A DNA stretch of 64,000 nucleotides from a bacterium (GCA_023249975.1 JAHFBP010000007.1:12198-76197), one strand, 5' to 3'. Shown: positions 19,938-30,775, numbered from the stretch's first letter. Numbers and translations are program-made. The notes: a model not told the origin generated them from the sequence alone.

Positions 19938-21703
19938 CCAACCACTTCTAAGACCGTCTCGCCCTTTAATTTTTCATAATGCATGCGAATCGACAAATCA
20001 AGTCCATCAATAGTCATCGCCTTCTCAAGCCTTTTCAGCGCTCGTTTTGCAAATCCCATTTTTTCCAAAACCGTAGCATAGGTATCCAAAATTTGTGCAC
20101 TGAGAGGATCTTTTTTGTGGGCTTTTTTAATCATCACATAAGCATGTTGCAGATCATCAGGATTGACTGACTCAGCCCACAACAATGCCTGCAAGTTCAT
20201 GGCCGCAACATTCTGTAAATCAGGATTCTCTGAATCAAGCTTGAGAATATAACGTACCAATTTTTGTGCTCGACTTTTCTTGTCCAAATTATAGCAGGCA
20301 TATGCCATATTATATATCACTTGAACTTCAAATTGAGCGCCCAATTTTTTGGTTTGTTTTTTAATTTGACGATAATGCTTGAGAGCTTTGGCATACTCCC
20401 CCTGACTGTTCAACGCATCAGCCAATGCCGTGCGCAAAAGGAGTGGCATCGTTTCTTTTTTTGCTTCATCTGATTGTGTTGCACCACCCTGAGACACAAC
20501 ATCTCGATGCGCAGCAACACGCGCCAAAATGGCACTCAAATCTTTGGATGAAAAATTTTTTTTACCAAATGTCATGAGAGGAATAATTTCTTGATCAGAA
20601 AGGTCACTTTGCGACAACCATGATTTCCATAAAGATTGTGCCTTTTCAGTTTTTCCCGCGGCGGCCAAAATTTCAAGCCTCAAAAATTTGGCTTTGGGAA
20701 ATTCAGCATCATGCTCAAGTGAACGCTCAATGTGTTTGAGAGCTTTTTCAATCATTCCAGCTTTCCAGGCAGTCAGCGCCAAATCAAAAGCATAATCACG
20801 CGTATCTTTGGCAATGCACACGAGTTGACAATATGCTTTTTCAAATTGTCCGCGAGCAAACAATGCTTCAATCAACCGTTTGCGCATTGCTTCGTCCTGT
20901 TTGATATCGACCAATTTTTCCATGGAATCAAGGGCATCATCTGACCGCTTGAGAAATTCGAGCAACATAATTTTCAACTGCAATGCACGATCAAATGTTG
21001 GACTGAGGTTCAATGCCATATCAATCACCTTGAGCGCTTCTTCAAAATGATCAGGGCCTTGTTCGTACAACATGGAAGCTTTGAGTAAATAGAACAATGC
21101 ATGTTTGGGCCGCTCAGATTCATTGGCTAAAAAATCATCTATAATTGAAATGCCTTGAGAAAACTGTCGCCCTTTTACGCATCCAATTGCGCGTTGGTAG
21201 ACCGTTTTTTCACGTTGCTCAGGCGTGGTTGCCGCCTTTTGAGCTTTTAACAATGATTCTTGTGCATCAGATTTTTGATGTAATCCTTCATACGCAGTAG
21301 CCATGCGCATATGCGTTTCCCAAAGCTGGTCGCCCTCGGCGGCATCAATTATTTTTTGGCCAGCATCGATTACTTTTTTATATTGTCCTGTTTCAAGCAA
21401 AAACGACAAGGCACCTGAATCACCAAATTCATGACCAAGGCCTTTTGCCTTATCAAAATATTGAGCAGCATCTGTAATATTACCTTTGGAAAATTCATAA
21501 TAAAAACCACCCAAAGCCTCGTATTCTTCGGCTTGTTGGGACGAATTTATAGAAAAAGTATTAGGAGCTTCATGATCTATTTTTAATGGTAGAGTCACCC
21601 GTTTGTTGACCCCCAACTGATTTACCGCAAACTGATTTGTCGCCAAAAAGAGAAGACTGACGACTAATCTTCCCATCACGAGATTCTTCTTCTTGCTCAT
21701 CAT
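19934..21703 (-). CDS. Tetratricopeptide repeat protein with signal peptide
   Basis: Repeated TPR-like helices, C-terminal ILDTYA motif. Confidence 0.8.
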   Translation of the reverse strand: MMSKKKNLVMGRLVVSLLFLATNQFAVNQLGVNKRVTLPLKIDHEAPNTFSINSSQQAEEYEALGGFYYEFSKGNITDAAQYFDKAKGLGHEFGDSGALSFLLETGQYKKVIDAGQKIIDAAEGDQLWETHMRMATAYEGLHQKSDAQESLLKAQKAATTPEQREKTVYQRAIGCVKGRQFSQGISIIDDFLANESERPKHALFYLLKASMLYEQGPDHFEEALKVIDMALNLSPTFDRALQLKIMLLEFLKRSDDALDSMEKLVDIKQDEAMRKRLIEALFARGQFEKAYCQLVCIAKDTRDYAFDLALTAWKAGMIEKALKHIERSLEHDAEFPKAKFLRLEILAAAGKTEKAQSLWKSWLSQSDLSDQEIIPLMTFGKKNFSSKDLSAILARVAAHRDVVSQGGATQSDEAKKETMPLLLRTALADALNSQGEYAKALKHYRQIKKQTKKLGAQFEVQVIYNMAYACYNLDKKSRAQKLVRYILKLDSENPDLQNVAAMNLQALLWAESVNPDDLQHAYVMIKKAHKKDPLSAQILDTYATVLEKMGFAKRALKRLEKAMTIDGLDLSIRMHYEKLKGETVLEVVG

Positions 21704-22184
21704 TGCCCTTTCTACCCATCGTGTATACACGACGCTTACACTGCAGATAAAAATTAAGCATGCTCTGTGAAAGCTCATGATCTTTCATAATGTGATGTGT
21801 TCGAGCACACTCCTCGGGCGTCAGTGTAGCATGGGACTTTTGGGTCGTGGTAGCAAGCAGAGAAAGTGACGGCGACAGACCCGTATTTTTCGGTCGTTTG
21901 CTGCCACGCTGAACTCCAGAAATACGAATGGCATCAATGACCTCATCCCCCAAAATTTCATTGATGCGATCCTTAATTTCTTCGGCACGAAATGAAAATT
22001 CTTGTGCCCACAAAGGGTGCAATGTGCCAATCTCGATAACGCCATCACCTATCCGTTCAATACGCGCATGAGCAGCCAAGGGACCTGCTATCTCAGCCCA
22101 ATGAGCCAAGACAATCAGCTTCCAATGGTGCTGTTTGTCGACGGATAAAGAAAGGAGACGAAGGGGATCAAGCACGTTTTTCAC
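21570..22184 (-). CDS. DUF721 / DciA-family protein
   Basis: W.EIAG..A.HA..ERI..G.I.I......WAQEF pattern. Confidence 0.75.
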   Translation of the reverse strand: MKNVLDPLRLLSLSVDKQHHWKLIVLAHWAEIAGPLAAHARIERIGDGVIEIGTLHPLWAQEFSFRAEEIKDRINEILGDEVIDAIRISGVQRGSKRPKNTGLSPSLSLLATTTQKSHATLTPEECARTHHIMKDHELSQSMLNFYLQCKRRVYTMGRKGNDEQEEESRDGKISRQSSLFGDKSVCGKSVGGQQTGDSTIKNRS

Positions 22185-22311
22185 CGGTAATGAATTTGGA
22201 TGATTTTTAATTTTCTATAATTTGAGGGTACCCGGTTTTTTGCGTCTGTTCTAGAAAATTTAAAAAAATGCTAATTTATATGCATACATCACCTATCAAA
22301 CAGGAACCACC

Positions 22312-23574
22312 ATGGCCATAACTCCCAACGAACGGTTGCAAAGAGTACGCGGCACGGCCGACAACCTTGACCTCTCGTACACCACAGCATTACTCAAAAC
22401 TATTTCTGACCTTTTGACGACACATAACTTTACCCCCATCGCCACGCCCATCATTGAACAAACTGATTTGTTTGTCCGATCACTGGGAACCGAAACTGAT
22501 GTGGTCAGCAAAGAAATGTATTTAATTGAACGCAAAACTGAAACAAGTGAAGCTGTTTGCTTGAGGCCAGAATCGACCGCATCAACCATTCGTGCATTTG
22601 TTGAAAATAAAGTTGAACAAAGACCATGGAAAACCTTTCAGTATGGCCCCATGTTTCGCTACGAACGCCCTCAAAAAGGTAGATTTCGGCAATTTCACCA
22701 GCTGAATATTGAAGTTGTTGATGCACCTTCATTTTCTCATGACATACAGTTTTTGGTTATGCTTGATGCCATCTGGAAAAAATTAGGAATCACCAACCAC
22801 GTGCTTGCCATCAACTTTATTGGCACACTCGAAGATCGCAAAATCCATCGCGAAAAATTACTCAAATTCTTAGCAAAAAAACAAAGCTATCAATGCCAAA
22901 CATGCCTTGTTCGTGTTGAAAAAAATTTACTCCGAATTTTTGACTGCAAAAATCAAGATTGCCAAACCCTCTACAAAAATGCACCCAAAATTACTGAGTG
23001 CCTCAGCGAGCAATCACAACAAGATTGGCAAAAACTTCAAGATACTTTGCAGATGCTTTCCATCAACTTTGTTCATAATCCACTTTTAGTTCGTGGGTTG
23101 GATTATTACTATGGACTGGTGTTTGAGTTTGTTTCCAGCGACTTGGGCGCACAAAACGCATTTTGTGGTGGTGGCCGCTATGATCTTGCTCAAACTTTTG
23201 GCCTTGATCAAACCATTCCGTCACTCGGCGCAGCTATTGGCATGGAACGACTTGTCGACATTCTGCAAACAACACAAAGCTTCCCAGCTCCTCAAAAGCC
23301 AAAGCTTCATGTCATTCTGCCGATGAGCGAAGCTCAACATGTTATTGCTCAATTTTTGGGCCAAGCCATGACGCGCGCCGGATTATGTGTTGAAATTTTG
23401 TTCGACGGATCCATGAAAACCATGATGCGCAAAGCGAACAAAATTGGAGCTGCAACAGCTCTGATTATTGGTGAAGACGAACAAAAAACTGAATCCGTGA
23501 TGGTCAAGAATATGATCACAGGAGAAGGAGCCTTGGTCAAACAAGCTGATGTGGTGGAAACGCTCAGGGGATAA
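22312..23574 (+). CDS. hisS: Histidine--tRNA ligase
   Basis: LRPESTAS, FRYERPQKGRFRQFHQ, LVRGLDYY, GGGRYD. Confidence 0.97.
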   Translation: MAITPNERLQRVRGTADNLDLSYTTALLKTISDLLTTHNFTPIATPIIEQTDLFVRSLGTETDVVSKEMYLIERKTETSEAVCLRPESTASTIRAFVENKVEQRPWKTFQYGPMFRYERPQKGRFRQFHQLNIEVVDAPSFSHDIQFLVMLDAIWKKLGITNHVLAINFIGTLEDRKIHREKLLKFLAKKQSYQCQTCLVRVEKNLLRIFDCKNQDCQTLYKNAPKITECLSEQSQQDWQKLQDTLQMLSINFVHNPLLVRGLDYYYGLVFEFVSSDLGAQNAFCGGGRYDLAQTFGLDQTIPSLGAAIGMERLVDILQTTQSFPAPQKPKLHVILPMSEAQHVIAQFLGQAMTRAGLCVEILFDGSMKTMMRKANKIGAATALIIGEDEQKTESVMVKNMITGEGALVKQADVVETLRG

Positions 23575-23580
23575 TATTAC

Positions 23581-23659
23581 CCGTTCAAAGACATTCGATT
23601 ACGCTTCCCTTCCGTTCATACTGAATGCAAGTGTAGCGTAATCGAATGCCTTTGAATGG
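23581..23659. repeat. Long inverted repeat (25-bp arms) between convergent genes; REP-like element or terminator
   Basis: CCGTTCAAAGACATTCGATTACGCT ... AGCGTAATCGAATGCCTTTGAATGG, 2 differences between arms. Confidence 0.7.
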
Positions 23660-23680
23660 ATAAACTAATCTACAAACTAC

Positions 23681-24760
23681 TTAATACCAACCCAATGTGA
23701 ACACAGAGACCCAGGTACGAGCAGGTTTATTTTCTGGGCCAAATTCAACAAGTGGCTGATCTACAATCACTTCTTCTTCGGCAATATTTTCATATATTGC
23801 GGCTAAATAACAAAATTCTTCATTTGTTTTTTCACTGGCTGCTGCATTTTGTTCATGCAACCATGCCTGATACTCCAATTCATTACATCGAATTTTTTTG
23901 AAACAATTGGATACAGGTCCGGTCGCAGCATAATATTCCAATTTTCTCAGACCATTTTCATATGATTGTGGCAAACGTTTGGCGCCAGGATTTTCAGAAA
24001 TATTCAACCAGCGCATTTCATAAGAATTTCCAAGAGAAGGTGGAAATTGCGTAATTTTATTGTTCGTCAAATTGCAAACACACAAATAGGGGAAATTCCA
24101 TGCCAATCTTGAATCAGTATTACCCGTATTCATGCGACCATTCTGTAATGTGTTAATAATTTTAAGACACAACACTCCCTGCTGAGCCGTGCACAAATTA
24201 CGAATCGCAACATTACCACACGTACAATTAACTAATTTTACACTAAAAAGTTGTGCCTTAATTCGAGGATCACTGAAAAAAGTCGCGGGCACTTCACAAT
24301 TTATCAGGTTCAAGCCAACAGGAAGCCCACGAAGCACATACCCTTGCAGAGATTGCAATAATGCCTCAAAATCTATGTTATTACCTTGTCGCTGAACCAC
24401 AATCCATGGGAACGTTTTGGCTGTATGCGCTTTTCCATTTCCCCAAAATATGTCCGCTGCAGCTTCTGACCTCAGAGACAAATAAAATCGATTAAAAATA
24501 GCCCACTCTTCTTCAAGAGCAGCATCCAAAACAAAATGGAAATCACCGCCTTTATCAAGGCTAGGAGAAAAATTGAACATATAATCATGAAACTTTTCAA
24601 CCAATACGGCATACTTTTGAGGGTTTGAATATTTCACATCCAAATTAACGTCGCAAAAAACGGCGCACTCTTCTTCAAAATCCTGATCAAGAATTTGAGG
24701 CAAAACTTCTGAAGACATCAATCCAATAATGACGATAAAAAATAATTTATAAACCTTCAT
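23681..24760 (-). CDS. Secreted leucine-rich-repeat protein
   Basis: Signal peptide; LTNNKITQFPPSLG and LNISENP LRR units; GGAG RBS. Confidence 0.7.
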   Translation of the reverse strand: MKVYKLFFIVIIGLMSSEVLPQILDQDFEEECAVFCDVNLDVKYSNPQKYAVLVEKFHDYMFNFSPSLDKGGDFHFVLDAALEEEWAIFNRFYLSLRSEAAADIFWGNGKAHTAKTFPWIVVQRQGNNIDFEALLQSLQGYVLRGLPVGLNLINCEVPATFFSDPRIKAQLFSVKLVNCTCGNVAIRNLCTAQQGVLCLKIINTLQNGRMNTGNTDSRLAWNFPYLCVCNLTNNKITQFPPSLGNSYEMRWLNISENPGAKRLPQSYENGLRKLEYYAATGPVSNCFKKIRCNELEYQAWLHEQNAAASEKTNEEFCYLAAIYENIAEEEVIVDQPLVEFGPENKPARTWVSVFTLGWY

Positions 24761-24928
24761 CAACAACTCCCTTTTTCCGGCCCCTAGAGTAAGATGCGCA
24801 AGAATCATATCACAGGAAAAAAGGAATCGCCTAGATGGCATGAAAATATCTTTTTTTTACTTTATTGGCGCGGCAAGCTTTTTATGATTTTCTTCTAAAT
24901 ATCATGATTTTCCCCCTGGCCCAAAAGA

Positions 24929-24998
24929 CATGGCTACGCAAAGTCAGCCAGTTGGTGTATTCTGAGAGTATGTGCCCAAGGCACGAACTTTTATCAAT
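24929..24998 (+). repeat. 70-bp leader duplicated at 26242-26311
   Basis: About 60/70 identity by hand alignment. Confidence 0.8.
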
Positions 24999-25013
24999 AC
25001 ATTGGAGGTTTTG

Positions 25014-26222
25014 ATGGATCCGAAAAATTATATTCCCAGAAATTATGAGGCTCGTCTTAAGCTCAGGGCTCAAACAAGCCAAATTATAGCCATCATGGGA
25101 CCACGCCAGGCTGGTAAAACAACATTAGCCCAAGAAGTATTTCCCAATCATGCCTATTATAGTCTTGAAGAACCAGACACTTACGAAATGGTCTGTAAAG
25201 ATATAAAGGACTTTTTGACCCGTGATCATAATGCACCTGGTATTATTATTGATGAATTTCAACTTGAGCCCAAAATATTGTCGTATCTCCATGGCATTAT
25301 TGATCGTGATCGATTTAATGATACCGAACGTCCTGGTTATTTTATCTTAACTGGCTCCCATAATTTTTTGATGAATCAATACATAACACAATCGCTCGCA
25401 GGGCGAATTCATATTTTTCAGATGCTTCCCCTTTCACTTAAAGAATTATCTCTGAGTAACTTACTCGGTAATGACGTAAATGAAGCTGTACTTAATGGTG
25501 GATATTCAAGAGTCATTCAAAAAAAAGATTCTCCTGATGTATTCTTTGGTGACTATATTAATACCTATCTTGAACGCGATGTTCGCCAATTGGATAAACT
25601 TGTTGATCTTAAGATCTTTCGTAAATTTATGGAATTGTGCGCTCTTCGAACTGGTCAACTTTTAAATATCAAAGCATTGGCCAATGACTGCAAAATTACT
25701 GAAAAAAAAGTTAATGAATGGTTAACCATATTAGAAGCGAGTTACATAATCTATCAACTATCACCCTATTACAAAAATTATGGCAAAACATTAGTAAAAG
25801 CTTCTAAATTATATTTTTGTGATACAGGCCTTGCATGCAGACTCTTAGGCATTCGATCTCCAGAAATTTTGGCAAATCATGATCTACGCGGCAATCTTTT
25901 TGAAACTCTGATTATTTCTGAATTTTATAAAAAATTATATTGCCTGGGAGAGCTCCCTGGTTATGTGATATATTTTTGGCGCGATACCGAAGGCCATGAA
26001 TTAGATTGCCTATTCAATTTTGGAACACATCTTGTCCCTGTGGAAATCAAATCAAGTGAAAAGGTAAGTTCTGATTTTTTCAAGGGACTAAACTACTGGT
26101 GCGATCTTGAAAAAACCGATTACGAAAAAGGCTACCTCATTTATGGCGGACTTGAAAATCATACCCAAGCTCGTGGGCACACGGTCAGCTGGCAAAATGC
26201 CGCAGATATTATTGATTTGTAA
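25014..26222 (+). CDS. AAA+ ATPase (AAA_14 + DUF4143 family)
   Basis: GPRQAGKT, IIDEFQ, LTGS, SLAGR, K.YFCDTGL, ELD...PVEIK nuclease-like C-terminus. Confidence 0.9.
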   Translation: MDPKNYIPRNYEARLKLRAQTSQIIAIMGPRQAGKTTLAQEVFPNHAYYSLEEPDTYEMVCKDIKDFLTRDHNAPGIIIDEFQLEPKILSYLHGIIDRDRFNDTERPGYFILTGSHNFLMNQYITQSLAGRIHIFQMLPLSLKELSLSNLLGNDVNEAVLNGGYSRVIQKKDSPDVFFGDYINTYLERDVRQLDKLVDLKIFRKFMELCALRTGQLLNIKALANDCKITEKKVNEWLTILEASYIIYQLSPYYKNYGKTLVKASKLYFCDTGLACRLLGIRSPEILANHDLRGNLFETLIISEFYKKLYCLGELPGYVIYFWRDTEGHELDCLFNFGTHLVPVEIKSSEKVSSDFFKGLNYWCDLEKTDYEKGYLIYGGLENHTQARGHTVSWQNAADIIDL

Positions 26223-26241
26223 ACCTTACTTTTAAATACCT

Positions 26242-26311
26242 CATGGCTACGCAAAATCAACCGGATGGTGTATTCTGATAGTATGTGCCCAGGGTACCAA
26301 GCTTTATCAAT
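26242..26311 (+). repeat. Second copy of the 70-bp leader
   Basis: CATGGCTACGCAAA...GGTGTATTCTGA.AGTATGTGCCCA...TTTATCAAT. Confidence 0.8.
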
Positions 26312-26324
26312 GAAGAGGTGGAAG

Positions 26325-27161
26325 ATGATATATTTAGACCCCAGAAGCGACATGGTCTTTAAAAAACTGTTTGGCGATATCACCCACAAAAACATTTTAA
26401 TCAGCTTTTTGAACAGTGTTTTAGGTCGAGTTGAAGGTAAAAAAATCATTGATGTTGTCATTAATGACCCAAGCAATGTCCCCGAAACTCCGCTTTCCAA
26501 AACCAGCATCGTCGATGTCCGTTGCACCGATCAAAGTAGCAATCAATATATTGTTGAGATGCAGGTAGTTACCCAAAAAGACTATGGTGCCAGAGCCCAA
26601 TATTACAGTTCTCTTGCGCTCAGTCGACAACTAGCTTCGGGAGAATCGTATAGCAAGCTTGTACCGGTTATTTTTGTTGGAGTACTTGATTTTTCACTCT
26701 TCAAGACTTCCAATTATATAAGCCACCATTTCATTTTAGATAATGAAACCCATGAGCATGAACTTGCGCATATGGAGTTCCATTTTATTGAACTACCAAA
26801 ATTCAATAAAAAACCTGAAGCCCTTAATGGCATTCTTGAGAAATGGATCTATTTCATCAAAAATGCCGGCTTACTCCAAAAAGTTCCAAGCTACCTCAGC
26901 GAGCCTGTTTTGACCGAAGCCTTTGGCGTGCTTGCGCAAAGCAATTGGTCCATCCCAGAATTGGAAGCCTACGACCGATACCAAGATTCAATCAGATCTG
27001 CCATCGGACAACTTGAAGCTGCCATGGAAAAAGGCATGGAAAAAGGTATAGAAAAAGCTCGTCTTGAAATGGCAAAAAAATTACTCTCCAAACTTGATAT
27101 TGCGGCCGTTGCCGAAATCACTGGGCTGTCGGTTGAAGAACTTACAAAACTTAAAAAATAA
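26325..27161 (+). CDS. Rpn-family recombination-promoting nuclease / PD-(D/E)XK putative transposase
   Basis: LDPRSD.VFKKLFG, D.RC....YIVEMQ, FIELPKF, GMEKGIEK repeats, IAAVAEITGLS tail. Confidence 0.9.
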   Translation: MIYLDPRSDMVFKKLFGDITHKNILISFLNSVLGRVEGKKIIDVVINDPSNVPETPLSKTSIVDVRCTDQSSNQYIVEMQVVTQKDYGARAQYYSSLALSRQLASGESYSKLVPVIFVGVLDFSLFKTSNYISHHFILDNETHEHELAHMEFHFIELPKFNKKPEALNGILEKWIYFIKNAGLLQKVPSYLSEPVLTEAFGVLAQSNWSIPELEAYDRYQDSIRSAIGQLEAAMEKGMEKGIEKARLEMAKKLLSKLDIAAVAEITGLSVEELTKLKK

Positions 27162-27170
27162 AGCGAAAAA

Positions 27171-29633
27171 ATGGATAAACGATACGATCATATTCAGTGC
27201 GAAAAACAACAACAAGATTTGTGGGCCCAAAAAAAGGTCTACCAATTTGACCCAGCAAACTCAGGTGAAGTGTTCAGCATCGACACGCCACCTCCGACTA
27301 TTTCGGGCAAACTCCACATTGGACACATTTTTTCGTACACCCAAACTGATCTGATCGCACGATTCCGGCGCATGCAGGGGCGCAATGTCTTTTATCCGAT
27401 GGGATATGATGACAACGGCCTGCCCACAGAATTGTATGTAGAAAAAAAGAATAAAGTGCGCGGCGGCGCCATGAAGCGCTCTGAATTTGTTGCCCTGTGC
27501 ATCAAAGAAACTGAACTGGCCGCAGACATGTACAAAGACGTGTGGCAACGCATGGGAATTTCTGCCGACTGGGACCGCTCCTATTCGACCATTGCCCCAA
27601 AAGCACAACGCGTTGCACAACATTCATTTGTTGAACTTTATGCCAAAGGCTTGATTTATCGCAGATCAGAACCTGCCATCTATTGCACCTCATGCCGAAC
27701 TTCAACTGCGCAAGCGTTGCTCGAAACGGCAGATATCAAAAGTACCTTCAACACCATTGTATTTAAAGACCACAACGGTTCACCGGTTCACATTGCCACA
27801 ACCCGTCCGGAACTTTTGCCAGCGTGCGTAGCCGTGTTCTATCATCCTGATGATGCTCGATTTGCACATCTGAACGGTACCATGTTGACTACCTCCTATT
27901 TTGGCAAACAAGTTCCCGTCATGCCGGACGAATCGGTCGACCCAGAAAAGGGTACCGGAATTGTTATGTGCTGTACTTTTGGAGACCAAAAAGATATTGA
28001 ATGGTACAAAAAACATCAGTTGCCATTTGTTCAGATTATCGACTTTGACGGTAAATGGTTACCCAACTCGGGACCTCTTGCAGGCCTGAAGGTCCATGAA
28101 GCTCGCAAAACGATGATCGACTTGCTCAAAGCGAGCGGTGAACTGATTGAGCAAAAAGAAATTACTCATGCCGTTCATGTGGACGAGCGCTGCAAAAAAG
28201 AAATAGAATTTTTGATTCTTGAGCAGTGGTTCGTCAAAATTTTACCCTACAAACAAGATTTTTTGGATTTAGCTGACCAAATTGTGTGGAAACCTGCGTT
28301 CATGAAATCTCGCTACCGCGAATGGGTATCAGGACTTTCGTGGGACTGGTGCATCTCACGCCAACGTTTTTTTGGTATCCCTTTCCCCGTGTGGCACTGC
28401 CAAGATTGCAGACACATGATTGTGGCCACACCCGAAATGTTGCCGATCGATCCTCAAGAAACTGAATACCCCGGCAAAGTGTGTCCGCAGTGCAAAAGCA
28501 CAAACCTCAAGGCCGACACCGATGTGATGGACACCTGGAACACCTCTGCATTGTCACCACAAATTAATGCAGGATGGCCTGATAACAATGGACCTGTTGG
28601 GCTGCCAATGTCGATGCGCCCTCAAGCTCACGACATTATCCGCACCTGGGCGTTTTACACCATCGCCAGATCATATGCACACACCGGAATGATTCCATGG
28701 AAAGAAATTATTATTTCTGGTCATGCACTTGCAGGACGTGGTGAAAAATTCTCCAAATCTGCGGGAAATGCATTGCTCGACCCTATTAATTTACTCCAAG
28801 CGTATTCTGCCGACTCAGTCCGTTATTGGGCTGCCAGCGGAAAATTAGGGGTGGACATTCTGTTCAGCGAAGAACAGCTGAAAATTGGGCAACGCTTGAG
28901 TACCAAATTGTGGAATGCGTTCAAATTTTGCCATGAGCACATATCTTCGGCAAATATTAGAAAACCTAAAAACCATGTACCAACTGATGCCGTCAACAAA
29001 TGGCTGTGTCACCGCATGAATCAAACCTACACTGAATATCTCAAGGCTTTTGATGCGTATGAATATCATCATGCATTGGAAGTGGTTGAAAAATTATTCT
29101 GGAATGATTTTTGCGACAATTATTTGGAATTGATTAAAGACAGACTCTTCAATCCCGACAAATATGATGCATCCGTCAATGCTGACACGATTGCAACCTT
29201 GTACGAAGTTGGTCTTGCAATCCTGAAAATGTTCGCTCCGATCATGCCGCATATTACCGAAACGCTATTTGGGTATATTTATGCACAAACTGAGAATGCT
29301 CCATCATTGCACGCAACCACATTCACACCAGAACGCTATGCTCATTATCATTATGCTGATGACGCAGAAATTATGGATCGTATTGTCGAAGTGGTCAGTG
29401 CAGTGCGCAAGCTCAAATCTGAAAATCAAGTCTCTCTCAAAACGCCTATTGAAGTTTTAAGCTTAAGTGCATCAGACACTGCACTATTGAAAAAGATACA
29501 AGAACATGAAACTTTGATTAAAGGGGTGACGCTTGCTGTGCATATTAAAACATCTCACCTCATAACTGAAGAAAACGTGATGGTTGAAGTTGACGGTGTT
29601 TGGCATGCTGCAATTAGTATGGAGAAGGAATGA
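27171..29633 (+). CDS. valS: Valine--tRNA ligase (archaeal-type)
   Basis: DTPPPTISGKLHIGH, ATTRPELL, DWCISRQR, RPQAHDIIRTW, KFSKS; no bacterial C-terminal coiled-coil arm. Confidence 0.95.
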   Translation: MDKRYDHIQCEKQQQDLWAQKKVYQFDPANSGEVFSIDTPPPTISGKLHIGHIFSYTQTDLIARFRRMQGRNVFYPMGYDDNGLPTELYVEKKNKVRGGAMKRSEFVALCIKETELAADMYKDVWQRMGISADWDRSYSTIAPKAQRVAQHSFVELYAKGLIYRRSEPAIYCTSCRTSTAQALLETADIKSTFNTIVFKDHNGSPVHIATTRPELLPACVAVFYHPDDARFAHLNGTMLTTSYFGKQVPVMPDESVDPEKGTGIVMCCTFGDQKDIEWYKKHQLPFVQIIDFDGKWLPNSGPLAGLKVHEARKTMIDLLKASGELIEQKEITHAVHVDERCKKEIEFLILEQWFVKILPYKQDFLDLADQIVWKPAFMKSRYREWVSGLSWDWCISRQRFFGIPFPVWHCQDCRHMIVATPEMLPIDPQETEYPGKVCPQCKSTNLKADTDVMDTWNTSALSPQINAGWPDNNGPVGLPMSMRPQAHDIIRTWAFYTIARSYAHTGMIPWKEIIISGHALAGRGEKFSKSAGNALLDPINLLQAYSADSVRYWAASGKLGVDILFSEEQLKIGQRLSTKLWNAFKFCHEHISSANIRKPKNHVPTDAVNKWLCHRMNQTYTEYLKAFDAYEYHHALEVVEKLFWNDFCDNYLELIKDRLFNPDKYDASVNADTIATLYEVGLAILKMFAPIMPHITETLFGYIYAQTENAPSLHATTFTPERYAHYHYADDAEIMDRIVEVVSAVRKLKSENQVSLKTPIEVLSLSASDTALLKKIQEHETLIKGVTLAVHIKTSHLITEENVMVEVDGVWHAAISMEKE

Positions 29634-30085
29634 TCACAGTCACCACAAAATTGCGCAATCTTCCATTTACCGTCCCAAGTTTGCACACAAAGTTTGAAGC
29701 GATGCTCAAGGCCCTAGATTATCAGGGCTTTGACGTCTCGGTAATTTTGACAACCAATGCAACCATCAGAAATTACAACAGAGAATATCGCAACAAAGAC
29801 AAAGCAACGGACATTCTTTCATTCCCCTACTACCCTGATCATATTCCCGGAAAGCGCATCAAGCCAACTTCGAATGATGAAAAAAATTTGGGTGATATTA
29901 TCATCTCAGTTGAGCGAGTTGCTGCTGACGCAAAAAAATACGGCGTCACGTTTCAAGAGCGATTTGACATCATTATTGCACACGGAATTGCCCACTTGCT
30001 CAATTATGACCACATCACAGATGAAGAATTTGCGGTGATGCAAAAAGTTGAAAAAAAACTTTTAAAGGTCATTGCGGCGTTATAA
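29630..30085 (+). CDS. ybeY: rRNA maturation endoribonuclease YbeY
   Basis: YR.KDKATDILSFP, LGDIII, HGIAHLLNYDH. Confidence 0.95.
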   Translation: MITVTTKLRNLPFTVPSLHTKFEAMLKALDYQGFDVSVILTTNATIRNYNREYRNKDKATDILSFPYYPDHIPGKRIKPTSNDEKNLGDIIISVERVAADAKKYGVTFQERFDIIIAHGIAHLLNYDHITDEEFAVMQKVEKKLLKVIAAL

Positions 30086-30142
30086 TCTAGACCATAAATA
30101 AAATGCGTAGTACCTTTGCTCAAAAAATTAAAGGTACTGCGC

Positions 30143-30775
30143 ATGAATACAACCAAGGGAACCTTAGAGATTATTTGTGGGGGTATGTTTTCAGGAAAAT
30201 CTAGTGAGCTTATCAGTAGATTGGAACGTGCTGAAATTGCAAAAAAACGATGTATGGTTTTCAAAAATTCAAGCGATGCACGCCGTAAAACTGATGCTAT
30301 TTCAACTCATGATGGACGCGAATACGCTTCCATTCCCATCGCCAACAACGAGTGTGATAAAATTCTCGAAATGACCAATCATAGTGTTGATGTAGTTGCC
30401 ATTGATGAAATTCAATTTTTTAACATGACGATCATCGACACAATTTCCAGTTTGTTGAATGACGGCAAGCGCGTGATTGTCTCCGGATTGGATATGGATT
30501 CACATGGTCTACCATTTGGGATAATTCATATTTTACTTACCATGGCAGAACACATAACCAAACTTCATGCCGTTTGTAATGTATGCGGAGCTGATGCCAG
30601 TTTTAGCCAAAATATTATTGATGGTCGTCCTGCGACATTCGAAAATCAAACACAATTTCAAGAAAATACCGGACTGTATGAAGCACGATGCCGAACACAT
30701 TTTTTTATTGAACTTCCTGATAAATTGAGCACACTCATATTGAAACAGTTCAACCAATTGTACACTCAAAAGTAG
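30143..30775 (+). CDS. tdk: Thymidine kinase (TK1 family), divergent, no signal peptide
   Basis: GGMFSGKS, IDEIQF, CxxC...CxxH zinc site. Confidence 0.85.
   Translation: MNTTKGTLEIICGGMFSGKSSELISRLERAEIAKKRCMVFKNSSDARRKTDAISTHDGREYASIPIANNECDKILEMTNHSVDVVAIDEIQFFNMTIIDTISSLLNDGKRVIVSGLDMDSHGLPFGIIHILLTMAEHITKLHAVCNVCGADASFSQNIIDGRPATFENQTQFQENTGLYEARCRTHFFIELPDKLSTLILKQFNQLYTQK

Noticed and set aside
26325-27161. Rpn gene as an intact IS element
   Set aside because: No terminal inverted repeats or target-site duplication seen; it runs directly into valS
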